Part shown: positions 40,800-51,674 of the stretch, one piece after another
Layout of the letters: each line of letters begins with the position of its first letter
Position numbering within the stretch: the first letter of the stretch is position 1
DNA from: Camelus ferus
Taxonomy: Eukaryota
Assembly: GCF_009834535.1 (NCBI RefSeq)
Contig: NC_045697.1
Location: 11,968,001-12,032,000, forward strand
DNA: 64,000 nucleotides
Reading direction: 5' to 3'
Notes under the pieces: model-generated
What the model was told of the DNA's origin: nothing
Database searches by the model: none
Seen by the model: only the letters and a program-made list of their open reading frames with translations
Program-made: the position numbers and the translations under genes

Positions 40800-42640
40800 T
40801 GGCTGTGCCTAACACTAATGCTTCCTACTAATACAGGAACTCTGTACATAGAGTAGTTGGCCCTTTAATTGTGTCACCAGAGTTCTGCCACTCTATCAAG
40901 CCATTTTGGTTGCTCAGGGTATAATCATGAAGCCAACTAGGGTCTTTGTTGATGGAAGATGGTCACACCCTTGGACTATTCCAATTATCTGCATATCTCC
41001 CAAATGAACTTGTCCCTACCAGACCATTGCCTAGTTAATATGTATTGGATATACTGAAGTGTCAGGTCTCATAGGCTGACACCATGGATGGAAGGGTAGC
41101 ATTAAGCATGGGTTTAGCAGTTAACCCAAACATAATAGTTTTCCCCAAATAAAATATTACCAGCCCCTTAATTTATAAGCTGCAATATTCATTATAAGAC
41201 TGCTTCATCTGGCTTCTGTTGGCATCAATTTCTGTGTATACTAGGAGCAGATTTTTTAAAATTTGAAATATACTTGATTTACAATGCTGTGTTAGTTTCA
41301 GGTGTACAGCAAAGTGATTCAGTTATACACACACACACATATACACACATTCTTTTTTAGATTCTTTTCCATTATGGGTTATTACAAGATACTGCGTATA
41401 GTTCCCTGTACTATACAGTAGGTCTTCATTGGTTATATATTTTATATATGGTAGTACATGTTAATCCCAAATTCCTAAATTTTAATCTTGTTAGGCTGAC
41501 CAGGATCTGGTCTCCTAGATGAATACTGGTTATATCCTACTCCAGGGAATAGAGCATAACTTTCTAAATGATTTCAGGAATTTTCATGTCACGTATCAGG
41601 GTCATCTGTTTCTTCCCAAGTTAACTGCCCAAATTCCAGTCAACTTATTGTTTTATGTTCCAGTTCTATACTGTGGCTAACATTTTAAGCTGACTCCACA
41701 AAGTAGAACAACTCCAGCATTGACTGCCTGCTACATTGTTATCTTAAATCATTTTTAAATCAAGTCTTCTTTTTCCATACCATACTGAGAAGAGCCATAG
41801 TTCTCATAGCTAAGAGAAGCTGGCAGCCAGCAAGTGTCAGAAACCCTTACCCTTTTCTTACTCTCATTTCCAAAAATTTTACAGTACATAATCCTACTGC
41901 TGCCACCAATAGGAGCTGAGAAGACAGTATACAATGATCAGACTCAAACGTGTAGCCATAAACTAAACTCTGATCAACATTGGCAAAGATACATCATAGA
42001 TTTTCCTTTTAATAAAAGCAAGTAGACACAGAAGGAATACCTGGTGGTTGGTGTCAGTTAGTGTAGCTCCTTCAATTTCCCTGAATCCAATGGACACTGC
42101 TAATTGGTAGACTTACATGCCAGGAACTTGTACAAAATTGTCTCATGAATTCTGAGAAGCCATCCAGATTTTTCAGACTTTTATATATACTCCAGTCATA
42201 TGAACAAAACACTCTGGCCCTGATCTTTGTGTACCATTTAGTATATACAACTTAAATCTGTGCATAAAATACTAATTTTATGCATTCCCTTAGCTGATTA
42301 CCTCTTGTGGGGTTTAATTGTTGGAATGTGCTCTCCATGTGAATTTCCACTACACTTGGATCGCTGCCTCATTTTCAAACATGTAAGGGCCAGTATAAAG
42401 AGTAAGCTTATTTACTGTGACCCTAGCTCAGAAATGGCATCAATGGCCAAAAGCATTGGGGGTAATTCATGTTGATTCAATGAATTTTAAAACTAATTTC
42501 TTACATAGGGTATCTTATTTAATTTTGCACTCCCACTGTCTGGATTACAGTAGGCACTCCATAATGCTATTAGACTGATGACTGAATTTCTATTTAAAAT
42601 TAATGGGCTGCTCCAAAAGACACTGAGTTCTCTAACAATG
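40800..42640 (-). pseudogene. Degenerate retroviral pol relic (RT through integrase)
   Basis: Collinear motif remnants: LWSAYCNPDSGSAKLNKIP, NAF/AID, GPECFVHMTGV, SGWLLRIHETILYKFLA, QIIGIVQGCDH, NQNGLIEWQN. Interrupted by an L1 3' fragment. Confidence 0.55.
41270..41480 (-). mobile_element. Cetartiodactyl-type L1 3' end fragment
   Basis: ttgatttacaatgctgtgttagtttcaggtgtacagcaaagtgattcagttatac. Confidence 0.8.
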
Positions 42641-42660
42641 GAGCCAAAAGTAGAAAATCA

Positions 42661-42666
42661 TTTATT
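42661..42666 (-). terminator. DCAF16: Candidate DCAF16 polyadenylation signal (AATAAA)
   Basis: tttatt on the plus strand, ~2.6 kb past the DCAF16 stop. Other AATAAA hexamers exist, so the assignment is tentative. Confidence 0.35.
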
Positions 42667-42936
42667 AGAGATGTAAGAGAATTTATATTATCAGTAAGAA
42701 AACACTCCAAATGACTTCTAAACTCCTAGCTGCTTTAACAATCTACTGTAATAACAAACACTGTTTCCAAAAGAGAAAAATTTTTAGATGGATACTTGTG
42801 ATAGGAGCCCCAGCAAGATAATTCCCTAAAGGTGACCTAACATCGACCCTCCTCCTGCCATGTCCAGATTTTTTTCCTTCTCTTAGAAAGCTGATGGGCT
42901 TAAAAAAACATGATTATGGTCTTCTGGGCTCAAGGT

Positions 42937-42990
42937 ATCTGGACTGCTTCAACAAAAAGAGGCATCTGGACTGCTTCAACAAAAAGAGGC
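42937..42990. repeat. Perfect 27-bp tandem duplication
   Basis: atctggactgcttcaacaaaaagaggc x2. Confidence 0.95.
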
Positions 42991-43569
42991 TGCCTATTTG
43001 CACTGAGAGAATAATACCTTTAAGTATAACACTGATGTCCACTTGTTTCCTTACTCCTTTGATAAGTATTTCAATAAATAGAGAATAAACTCATCCTTCT
43101 TTATCCTACCTATGGTGACTGCATTTAAACAAAAGCTCACATAGGCCGGGTGTGAAAGTGGTAAATTCACCCCTAGCCACAAACCCACGGCACACAAAAA
43201 GCAGCAAAGGGTTAAGGCTTATTCAGGTACCTATCATTTTGTGTAACCTGGAATTACTTAACATACACAAACATGGGTTCAAATCTGGATCTTCACTGAA
43301 CATCTGACACTTTCTTTTTCAAGTATGTTTCTTTTCTAGAGCTGCCAAGTCACCTCCTATCAGAAGCACTGTTTATCTATGGGCTCTATGCAGCACTTAG
43401 TGAATGCTGAATATGCCTTAAGCAAAGCAGAATCTATTTCATTTGTTAAGAACAAATGACCATACTCTGTTTAGCACGTACAAAGCTGTTGGTTTATTCA
43501 GCTGGAAAGCTGGGGAAAGTCTTCCTCTTGGAGTGAACAGAAAAAATGTGTTCATGAGCAAGGCACTTT

Positions 43570-43571
<2 letters not shown>

Positions 43572-43603
<32 letters not shown>
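43572..43603. repeat. (CA)n microsatellite
   Basis: Direct observation. Confidence 0.95.
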
Positions 43604-43607
<4 letters not shown>

Positions 43608-44702
43608 AAGGAACATATTATGGCTACATAAACATCAACATATTTTAATTTTCAGATCTCCCTAACTCTTCCCACCTCCCCCTTAAAAAAAAGAAACAGA
43701 GTCTTGTAACATTTTAGAAACCAATGCCATAGAACATATACATAGGAACAGCTTCTGATACATTCAGTTACACTAACATTATATGGTTTCAGTTCAGTTA
43801 TTTTCCATTAACAAATATTTTTTCTACCTACTACAATTCCCTCCTTTTTCCTTAAGACAACTAAGGCAGCAGAAGTTAATCATTAGGTTATAAACATTCT
43901 CTCTCCTTGAAGTTGCTATACATGTATAGAATTTGTGATTCCATTAATGCTTCAATTTTTTGATGCCACATTGTATACAGCACTTAATTATGGAGAACAG
44001 GAGAAAGCAAAACTAAAATAAGGAAGGGGATATATGATATATCTTTAACAATCTATTTTATGATTCCCTTTAGACGTCCAGTCAACTAGGATCACACACA
44101 GGTTTCACTCTTTATAGCAGGTGAGTGAAAAGACTGGTCTCATGCATTTTATGTATGTTGATTTCTATGTTTTGATTCATCTAAATAAACACAGCAAGAC
44201 TCATTTACAAGGTTACATACACTTTCTATTCAGCCAGAAAAAAAAAAGCTAGATATAGAAAAACAATGATGCTAAAAAACTCTTTAACTTCAGATTGTAT
44301 TAGGCTGAGATTTCTGCAGTAAGGTTCTTTAAAGTTAGAAGGGTTCCTGAAGTTTGCAACGGATACGGAAAGTGCATAAAGTACTGCTCCAGGAAACATC
44401 ATACAGATTAAATGCTTTAATCCACTAACAGTTAATACTGAAAGCATAACTGCTCTTAATCCTTTCCCACTGGTCTTTTGGTATGTGTTTTATTTGCTCT
44501 TGACTAAAGTCTGGGTGCCAAGAAGCAGGAAATATATGCCCTACAAAGCAGGTGTCTGTTTAATCCGCAGGTATGATCTTATAAACCAGTTTAGCTAGAG
44601 CCTATGACATAAAATGTTCATGCTGTAATTGCAGGCACCGTAACAGGCCTGGGGCAGTGCAGGCTACTACCACAGCACCGCACTCCCTCACAAAGTTGGA
44701 AT

Positions 44703-44716
44703 CCCTAGGGGGCGCC
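44703..44716 (+). promoter_or_regulatory. CTCF-like motif
   Basis: CCCTAGGGGGCGCC resembles the CTCF core CCASYAGRKGGCRS. Confidence 0.5.
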
Positions 44717-45285
44717 ATATGTAGGCCTCTCAGTATAAAAGCTGGGAGACAAATCCATATTCCCACCATTGTCTTTTGTCTAGTTATTCAATTTAATTCA
44801 ACTATCTCCCCAGAAATGAGTATCAGAGAAAAGTACTCTCAGAAGGGTGTCATTGGGAGTACCTAATTTCCCACTTCCACAATGGCTACTCTGAAGGTTG
44901 GGTAACAAAAAGTGTAGTGGCCTACTTTTCCTTCCCATTAATAATTAGGTGTCTAGTTAGTCCATTAGGCAGAGTAAATTGGGTTGAGAATTGTGTGGAG
45001 AATAGTCAACTTGTCTTTTGTAATAATGTCCCTCTTGACTATTTCTCTATGGAAGTCCTCATCTTATCCACAGGGTCTTTCAAAGGAAAGGGAATGCTCA
45101 CAATGCACATTTTTTGTAGCTGAGTCATGAGTCTCAGGTATATATTCAGTACTGGATCGTACTTCAGCTTGTCAGGACGGGGCACAGTTTGGTTGAGAAG
45201 ACATTAGTTTCTCAACTGCAGGCTGTGTAACTGTATTCCTCTCTCAGGCAGCAACATGACAGACATGAGAAGGAATGGTGGGTCC

Positions 45286-45936
45286 TTATAGTGATGCAGT
45301 CAGGAGTTTGTTAACTGCCTTTTGGAAGTCAGTGTAGGAGTAAGTAGTGTTGATGGGTTCAGTGCGGGTTGTTTCCTTAACTGTTTTAGTTAACCAGCCA
45401 CAGCAGCAACCAGAAACACATGAATTGGGAATTTGTTTTAGGTATTCAGGAATGGGAGTGGCTCTACTCAGTGTTCGGCTTAACTGTTTGGTGGCAAACT
45501 GCAGGGCTCCATTTAGAGTGGCATGATCTCTAGAAAGCCGGCTGGGACTTGTAAGGGGCTTTTGAAAAGGCGGGACTCCACAAGAAGCCAGAGGAGGCCA
45601 TTCAGGAATTGGTTCCAGTTTGGGTACGCAATGGGAGCAATGGGAGAGTCTTAGACCTATCTCTCGAAGTATGTGCACTGGTGTGCTGGCATCCAAGAGT
45701 TTAGCATGATATAACCAGGAATTAGGATTTAAAGGTTTCCAAGTTGTAGAATATTTTAAAAGGCACTTAACCTGCCAGGCAAGACTCTCAAGAGGTGTTA
45801 GGTTGGGCACCACAGGGTCCTCTTCTTCAGAGGAATCCCACTCTTCCCCAGAGCTCTCATTTAGGTAGTTAGCATTTTCTTCTTCCTCACTCTCTGATTC
45901 TGATAAGGGGTCAGGAGAGGGATTTCTAGGACCCAT
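45286..45936 (-). CDS. DCAF16: DDB1- and CUL4-associated factor 16 (216 aa, single coding exon)
   Basis: MGPRNPSPDPLSESESEEEE...YSYTDFQKAVNKLLTASL matches DCAF16. ATG at 45936, 651 nt, intact; synteny fits. Confidence 0.97.
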   Translation of the reverse strand: MGPRNPSPDPLSESESEEEENANYLNESSGEEWDSSEEEDPVVPNLTPLESLAWQVKCLLKYSTTWKPLNPNSWLYHAKLLDASTPVHILREIGLRLSHCSHCVPKLEPIPEWPPLASCGVPPFQKPLTSPSRLSRDHATLNGALQFATKQLSRTLSRATPIPEYLKQIPNSCVSGCCCGWLTKTVKETTRTEPINTTYSYTDFQKAVNKLLTASL

Positions 45937-46558
45937 CAGAATAGAAAAACAGTAAGAAAAAAAGGTACCAGAAAAAGGTAACAATCTAAGCCAGCACAAC
46001 ACTAACACTGGAAAATAGAAACAAAAGAGGAGACATCCTTTCAATAAGATTCATTTGTCTGTTTCTCAGTCCATCACACACACACAGTATGCCTCTGGCT
46101 CACACCACTGTGCAGTTCTTCAAGATTATGTTGTTAATTCTTCACTTACAAAGAAGATATCTCAGTTCTCAGGACCAGTTCAGCGTGTAAAAGTTAGTCA
46201 CTTACCAGTGGCACAGGTCAGAGTCTCTCCCTTCAAATCCTGGCTACCTAAGAGAAGGGGTCTTCTTCTAGGCAAGTTGATTTTCTTAGCGTGGTCTCAG
46301 TTGGTTGTGATATTATGAAGAGACACTTTGTGTGCTCTGTTTTGTTGGCAGGGATATTATATCTAGTTGGTAATAGAAAGAAACTCAGTGGTCGCCTTCT
46401 TTGTCCGCTGGTGCAGCAACTTTTGTGCAGGGGGACGGTGGGATGAGTTGCCAAGGATCTGTCTGGTATGCACGGATCCGATGTTTTCCATAGGTGGTGC
46501 AAATGCCTTAGGAAACTGGTGACTTAGTTGTTGGACTATCTGGAAAGGTAGCCTTAAC
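45937..46558 (-). other. DCAF16: Predicted 5' UTR part of the DCAF16 terminal exon
   Basis: Minus-strand acceptor cttctcattcacag|g at 46559/46558. Confidence 0.55.
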
Positions 46559-46906
46559 CTGTGAATGAGAAGACTAGAGACATGATATTAAAGCCTGAAT
46601 GCACTGGGTAACATTATTATCCATCTAACTTAATAAAGTATCCAAGGACACAGATACTAAACAAGAAGCCTTGTTGGCTTTCCCATCTCTAGCACATAGG
46701 CTCAGGCAGATTTTTCTACTGGGAATGGCTCCTACCAACACAACATTGGAAAAAGAGAGCGTGGGGCCACTTTAATCCTTTGCTGGTACATATCTGGGCC
46801 AGTTTGTTTTGGATTATGCAGTTCTAGCTTGGAAAATTACTTCTGCAAAAGCAGATCCCTTATGCCCAAACTCCAAATAGGGAGCTATACAAGGTATATT
46901 TTTTAC

Positions 46907-47017
46907 CCTTAGATGTGCTTGCTGGGATTAGTTTTAGGGGACCTGTCCACGTTGTAAAGCTGCTAGATGTTAGGACTCTTGCTGGGAGCCCAGAGGCTAT
47001 GGTCCTGTGACCATACT
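46907..47017 (-). other. DCAF16: Predicted non-coding DCAF16 exon (111 nt)
   Basis: Acceptor cttctctcatatctgtag| and donor agg|gtaaaa. Confidence 0.5.
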
Positions 47018-47049
47018 CTACAGATATGAGAGAAGATGGCAGGTGCAGA

Positions 47050-50000
47050 TCTTAATATAGCAGGAATTACAATGAATGTAAACATGTTAAACTCACAATT
47101 AAAAGGCAGGCACTCAAACTGTATTAACAAAACAAGATTCAATAATATGCTAACTAAAGACATTTTACAGCAAAAAGACACAGAAATGTCAAAAATAAAA
47201 AGATGAAAAAAGATACAACGCAACTGTGGACCAGAATAAAGCTGGGATAGCAATCTTGATATCCAACAAAAGAGATTTCAAGTCAAAAAATATAAGGGAC
47301 AAAAATGGATAATAATACTGGTAAAAGGAAAGAATAAAAGTGATGTACTCATCATAAACCTCTATAAACCTGAAAGCAAATCCCCAAAATTTCTCAAGTA
47401 ACAACTGACAGAACTGAGGGGGGAATATAAGCAGAGATATAAGCATTCTGAAAAAGTTAAAATATTAATATATTTTAGGTATCATTTAATTTTACAGAAC
47501 TCTACAACAAACAGAATAGATTTTTGAGTACAGACATATACACACACATGCACAAATAGTTCATGCATTAGGTTATAAGGTATTATAAGTTTAAAGGGTC
47601 AATTTCATTCAGACTAAAATCTCTTACCATAATGCAATAAAAGTAGGTATCAAAAGTTAGTTAAAAGTAATCCTATGTTAACTGACACAACATTGTAAAC
47701 TGACTATACTTTAATTAAAAAAAAAGGTTAAAATAAAAAGTTTTTAAAAGGAATCCTATGTTGGGATAGAAATTAAATAACTCATGGGTTAATAAAATGG
47801 AAACCATAAAAGATATTAAATATTAAAACTGAATAATAATATAACCTTACAAGGAAAAATTTGTGGGGCATGGCCAAACCAGTATGTAGAAGAAATTTAT
47901 GTCTTTGAATACATTGATCAGGAAACAAAGAAGCTTAAATATCCACAAGCTAACCATTTAATTCAAAATAATGAAAAAGAGTAACAGTAAAATAAGCAGA
48001 AAGGAAATAATAAAGGCAGAAGTTAAGTAGTATATAAAAGAATAGATTGATAAAACTGAAAGACGGTTTTCTGAAAATATGAATAAGAAAAACAAAACTT
48101 GTGAGACTTATCAAAAAAGAGATTTAAAAATATCCCAAAGAGATTAAAAAATAATAAATATATATGTCTCATATATAATAAATATATATATTAAAAATAC
48201 ATTTAAAATATATAAATAAAATGTGACTAGATTAAATGGCTAAATTCTAGAATATAAAATACAAAAATTTGTACAGGAAGAAATAACTTGAATAAAACAA
48301 GAAAGTATTAAGGAAACTGGAAAGGTAACAACCTCCTATGAAAAACAAGTGCAAATGGTTTTATAAGTGAGTTCCACTGAACTTCCAAGGAAATTAATAC
48401 ATATTTTATATAAACTATTCCAGAAAAAAAAGCATAAAACTACTAGCTCTTTTTATGAAGATAATAAAACATTAATTCCAAATCTAGAGATGAAGCAAAT
48501 AGCAAAGGTATAGGCTCATTTCACTTGCAAAAATGTTAAATATTACCTAACAAAATCTAATAATGCATTAAAGAAAAAAGAATCTTATTATATCATGTAG
48601 AGCTTATCCTAGGAAAGCAAGACTACCTCAACTTCATAAAATGTATAAATATAAGTCACCACAGTAACAAAATAAAGTGAAAAAATCAGATAATTTTATC
48701 AACTGTGGATATTTAACCTTTCTTAGTATTTGATCAACACCTATCCATGCCTTAAAATATAAAATACTCTTACCAAACTAGGGAGAGAAAATTACTTTTT
48801 CAATTCGGTAAAAATTATCTAGCAAAAACTTTCAGGAAATATTATCCTAAATGAGAACCTTTAGATATAATCCCTTAAAAAAAAAGTGTAAGAACTAGAA
48901 GAGATAAAACTACTGATTTACAGATGATATGGTCATCTAATATTAAAAAAAACATATAAACTATTAGAGCTAATAAAAGAGCTCAACAAAGGTCCTGGAT
49001 CTGAGATTAACCTATGAATATTCATTAAGTTTTTATATGGCACTTACTTTTGCCAGGTACTATTCTAGGAACTGCACAAATGTTAACTCACTTAAAATTC
49101 TCCTAACAATCCTTTAAGAAAGGCACTTTCATTGTTCCCATTTTATACATGAGGTTTAAGCTACCTATCCAGTGATAAGGGTCAGGATTTGACCCCCAGG
49201 CACTCTTAACTTCTATACTAGCAATAGCAAGCATAAAATGTATTACATAAATCACATTTACAATAGAGGAAGAAAAAAAAAAAATCACACCAAACCTGTA
49301 AAGGATTTAAGAACTAATTAATAATATGTAAGATGTCTATGAAGAAGACTGTAAAATTCTAATCAAGAACACATGATTTAAAATAGACATTCCATGCTTT
49401 TGGATGGAACAAATTAATATTATAAAGATAACAGTTTTCCTAAATTAATTTATACAATCCCAGTATGTTAAGAATAAAATTCCACATATAACTAAACCAA
49501 TTATTTAAACAGAAGAGTAAAGGGGGTTCTTGGCGTACAAGATATTAACTCATATTACAGAAGTTACAGAAATTAAAAGTGTGGAATTAGTGTTTAAGAA
49601 CAAACAGTCCAATGGAACAAAGCTCAGAAACAGAGCCACAGACAATTTTAGAATGAAGTATACAATAAAGTTAGCACATAAATCAAGGGGGAATGAACGT
49701 ATTTAGTACATAATATTGATAAAACTGGCTCATATGAAAAAAAATAAAACAGTATAGCTGTATAATGCCACATACAAAGGAGGACTCATGATGGATTAAA
49801 GACCCAAATAAGAATGGTAAAACTATATAGTTAATAGACTGTAATTCAGGAGAATATCTTTGTGACCTAGGGCCAAGGAAGGACTTCTTAAATTAAAAAA
49901 CAAAAACAAAAACATAAAGCACAACACCAAAATATGATGAATTCAATCACAACAAAGTCAACCATTTCTGGATTGAACTGAAGACATTGAGAACAAAGTT

Positions 50001-50322
50001 AACTATAAGTCAACAACAAAAATGGTAGCAATCTCAATAAAGAAATGGGCAAAGGACAAAAATATCCAATTTTAGGGAAAGAAAATCCATAGGCCATTAA
50101 CTATATGAGTTAAGAGATATCACATTGCTTTACTATTTTGGTAAAAACTAGAAAGCTGGACAACGCCAACTATTAGTGAGGGGACTAAAGGAACTCTAGG
50201 AACCAGCAATGCTGGTGGGATTATAACACTGGGGTAACCTTTCTGAAGAGCAATCTAACAGCACTACTTAGCCAAACTATTTGCACATCTCATGATCCAG
50301 CAATCCTACTCTTGGGTGTATG

Positions 50323-50420
<98 letters not shown>

Positions 50421-50424
50421 TGTG

Positions 50425-50461
<37 letters not shown>

Positions 50462-50640
50462 GAGAAATTCTTCATAAGACCAATATGTATCCTGAAGTTT
50501 CATCTTTGATGGTAAAGAATTAGAAGCATTCTAAGTTTCAATCACTGGAAGAGTACAGAGGCAACAGGAGGTAAAAGGACATTAGAAGTATACATAGCAA
50601 CATGGATAAACTAAAGGCATAGGTCTAAACGAAAAAAGCA
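47050..50640 (+). mobile_element. Old, heavily decayed L1 ORF2 in DCAF16 intron 1, with nested MIR (~49020-49220), mini-L1 and microsatellite
   Basis: EN-like start (acaatgaatgtaaacatgttaaactcacaattaaaagg) through the 3' end (gatccagcaatcctactcttggg). Confidence 0.75.
50329..50456. repeat. Compound (TG)41/(TA)n microsatellite
   Basis: Direct observation. Confidence 0.97.
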
Positions 50641-51674
50641 AAAATAAATACCAACTTCCCACTTACGCCATGCTGCAGAAATGATTTCCAAAATGAAAGT
50701 CAGTAAACACCTTTAGTTTCAAATACACACTGATGTCATATGATAGGGCTTCATGTCAGTAATATTTTTCCAAAGAATATTTCTCAGGCTTCTACTCATT
50801 CTTTTATCTTATTCAGTTCTCAGCAGTTTCTGGCACTTATTATGGGATTAGCACAATGTTTTGAAAAAATTAAATAAGAGAATGATGAAGGCCTGCTGTA
50901 AGTAACTACACAAGTGTTTTACTTTTGTTCTAGGGAGACAAAAATTCTCAAATTATATTTAGGTGATTTGGTAGTATGTTGTATAAAGACAAATGAAACA
51001 ATTTTTAAAAACAGGATTAACAAAGATAATGCTACTAAAGCAATATAAAGGGAATTGCTTATAACTTCATCTTTAAGAACACAAATGCAAATACTTTCAA
51101 AAGTTTATAATATTACCTAGTTCATCCTGAAAGCAAAAAGAAAACTGAAAACGTATCGTAAGATTTTTATTGAGACAAGGTGTTAGCTTTTAATTCTTCT
51201 GTCCTCTTATATTTTTACTAATTTCATTTCAACCAGATTCCATTTGCAAGATTAACTGGCTGTATTTCCATTATTGTGCTACCCAAAGCATTCTTTAAAG
51301 GCTTACTCTACTTTTTTTTTAGCAGAAATAAGAAAAAGTCTCTTTGAAGGCATATGTAAATTCTAGAGTGAATCCATCACCATTTCTCTTTAACATTCCA
51401 TGTACATCATATCCTCATATCAAAACTGAATTAATCACTTATTTATATAGTCCCGTGTATAATTTACCTTGAAAGAATGATTCTTCTGTAATTTCAGAAC
51501 TAAAGAGCCTTACTATACAAATTCTTTAGTTTTGTCATTTCTTCAACTAAGTTTACCAAGGACAGGAAGAGACTGATTCTCACAGTTGCTACTATGTGTT
51601 CTTTTCCCCTATAGCACTGAAAGAAAAGTCAAGACACAGGTAAGCTAAAGGCAGTGGGTTTAATACAGTGTCTT

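Noticed and set aside
45916..45936. Gag-type myristoylation signal at the DCAF16 N-terminus
   Set aside because: MGPRNPS has Pro after Gly and no Ser at the consensus position, so it is not supportive.
45937..46044. 36-aa N-terminal extension of DCAF16 in the ORF track
   Set aside because: It starts at TTG in a pyrimidine-rich UTR. The recognised protein starts at ATG 45936.
50290..50509. HT/CV-repeat ORFs
   Set aside because: These are translations of the microsatellite.
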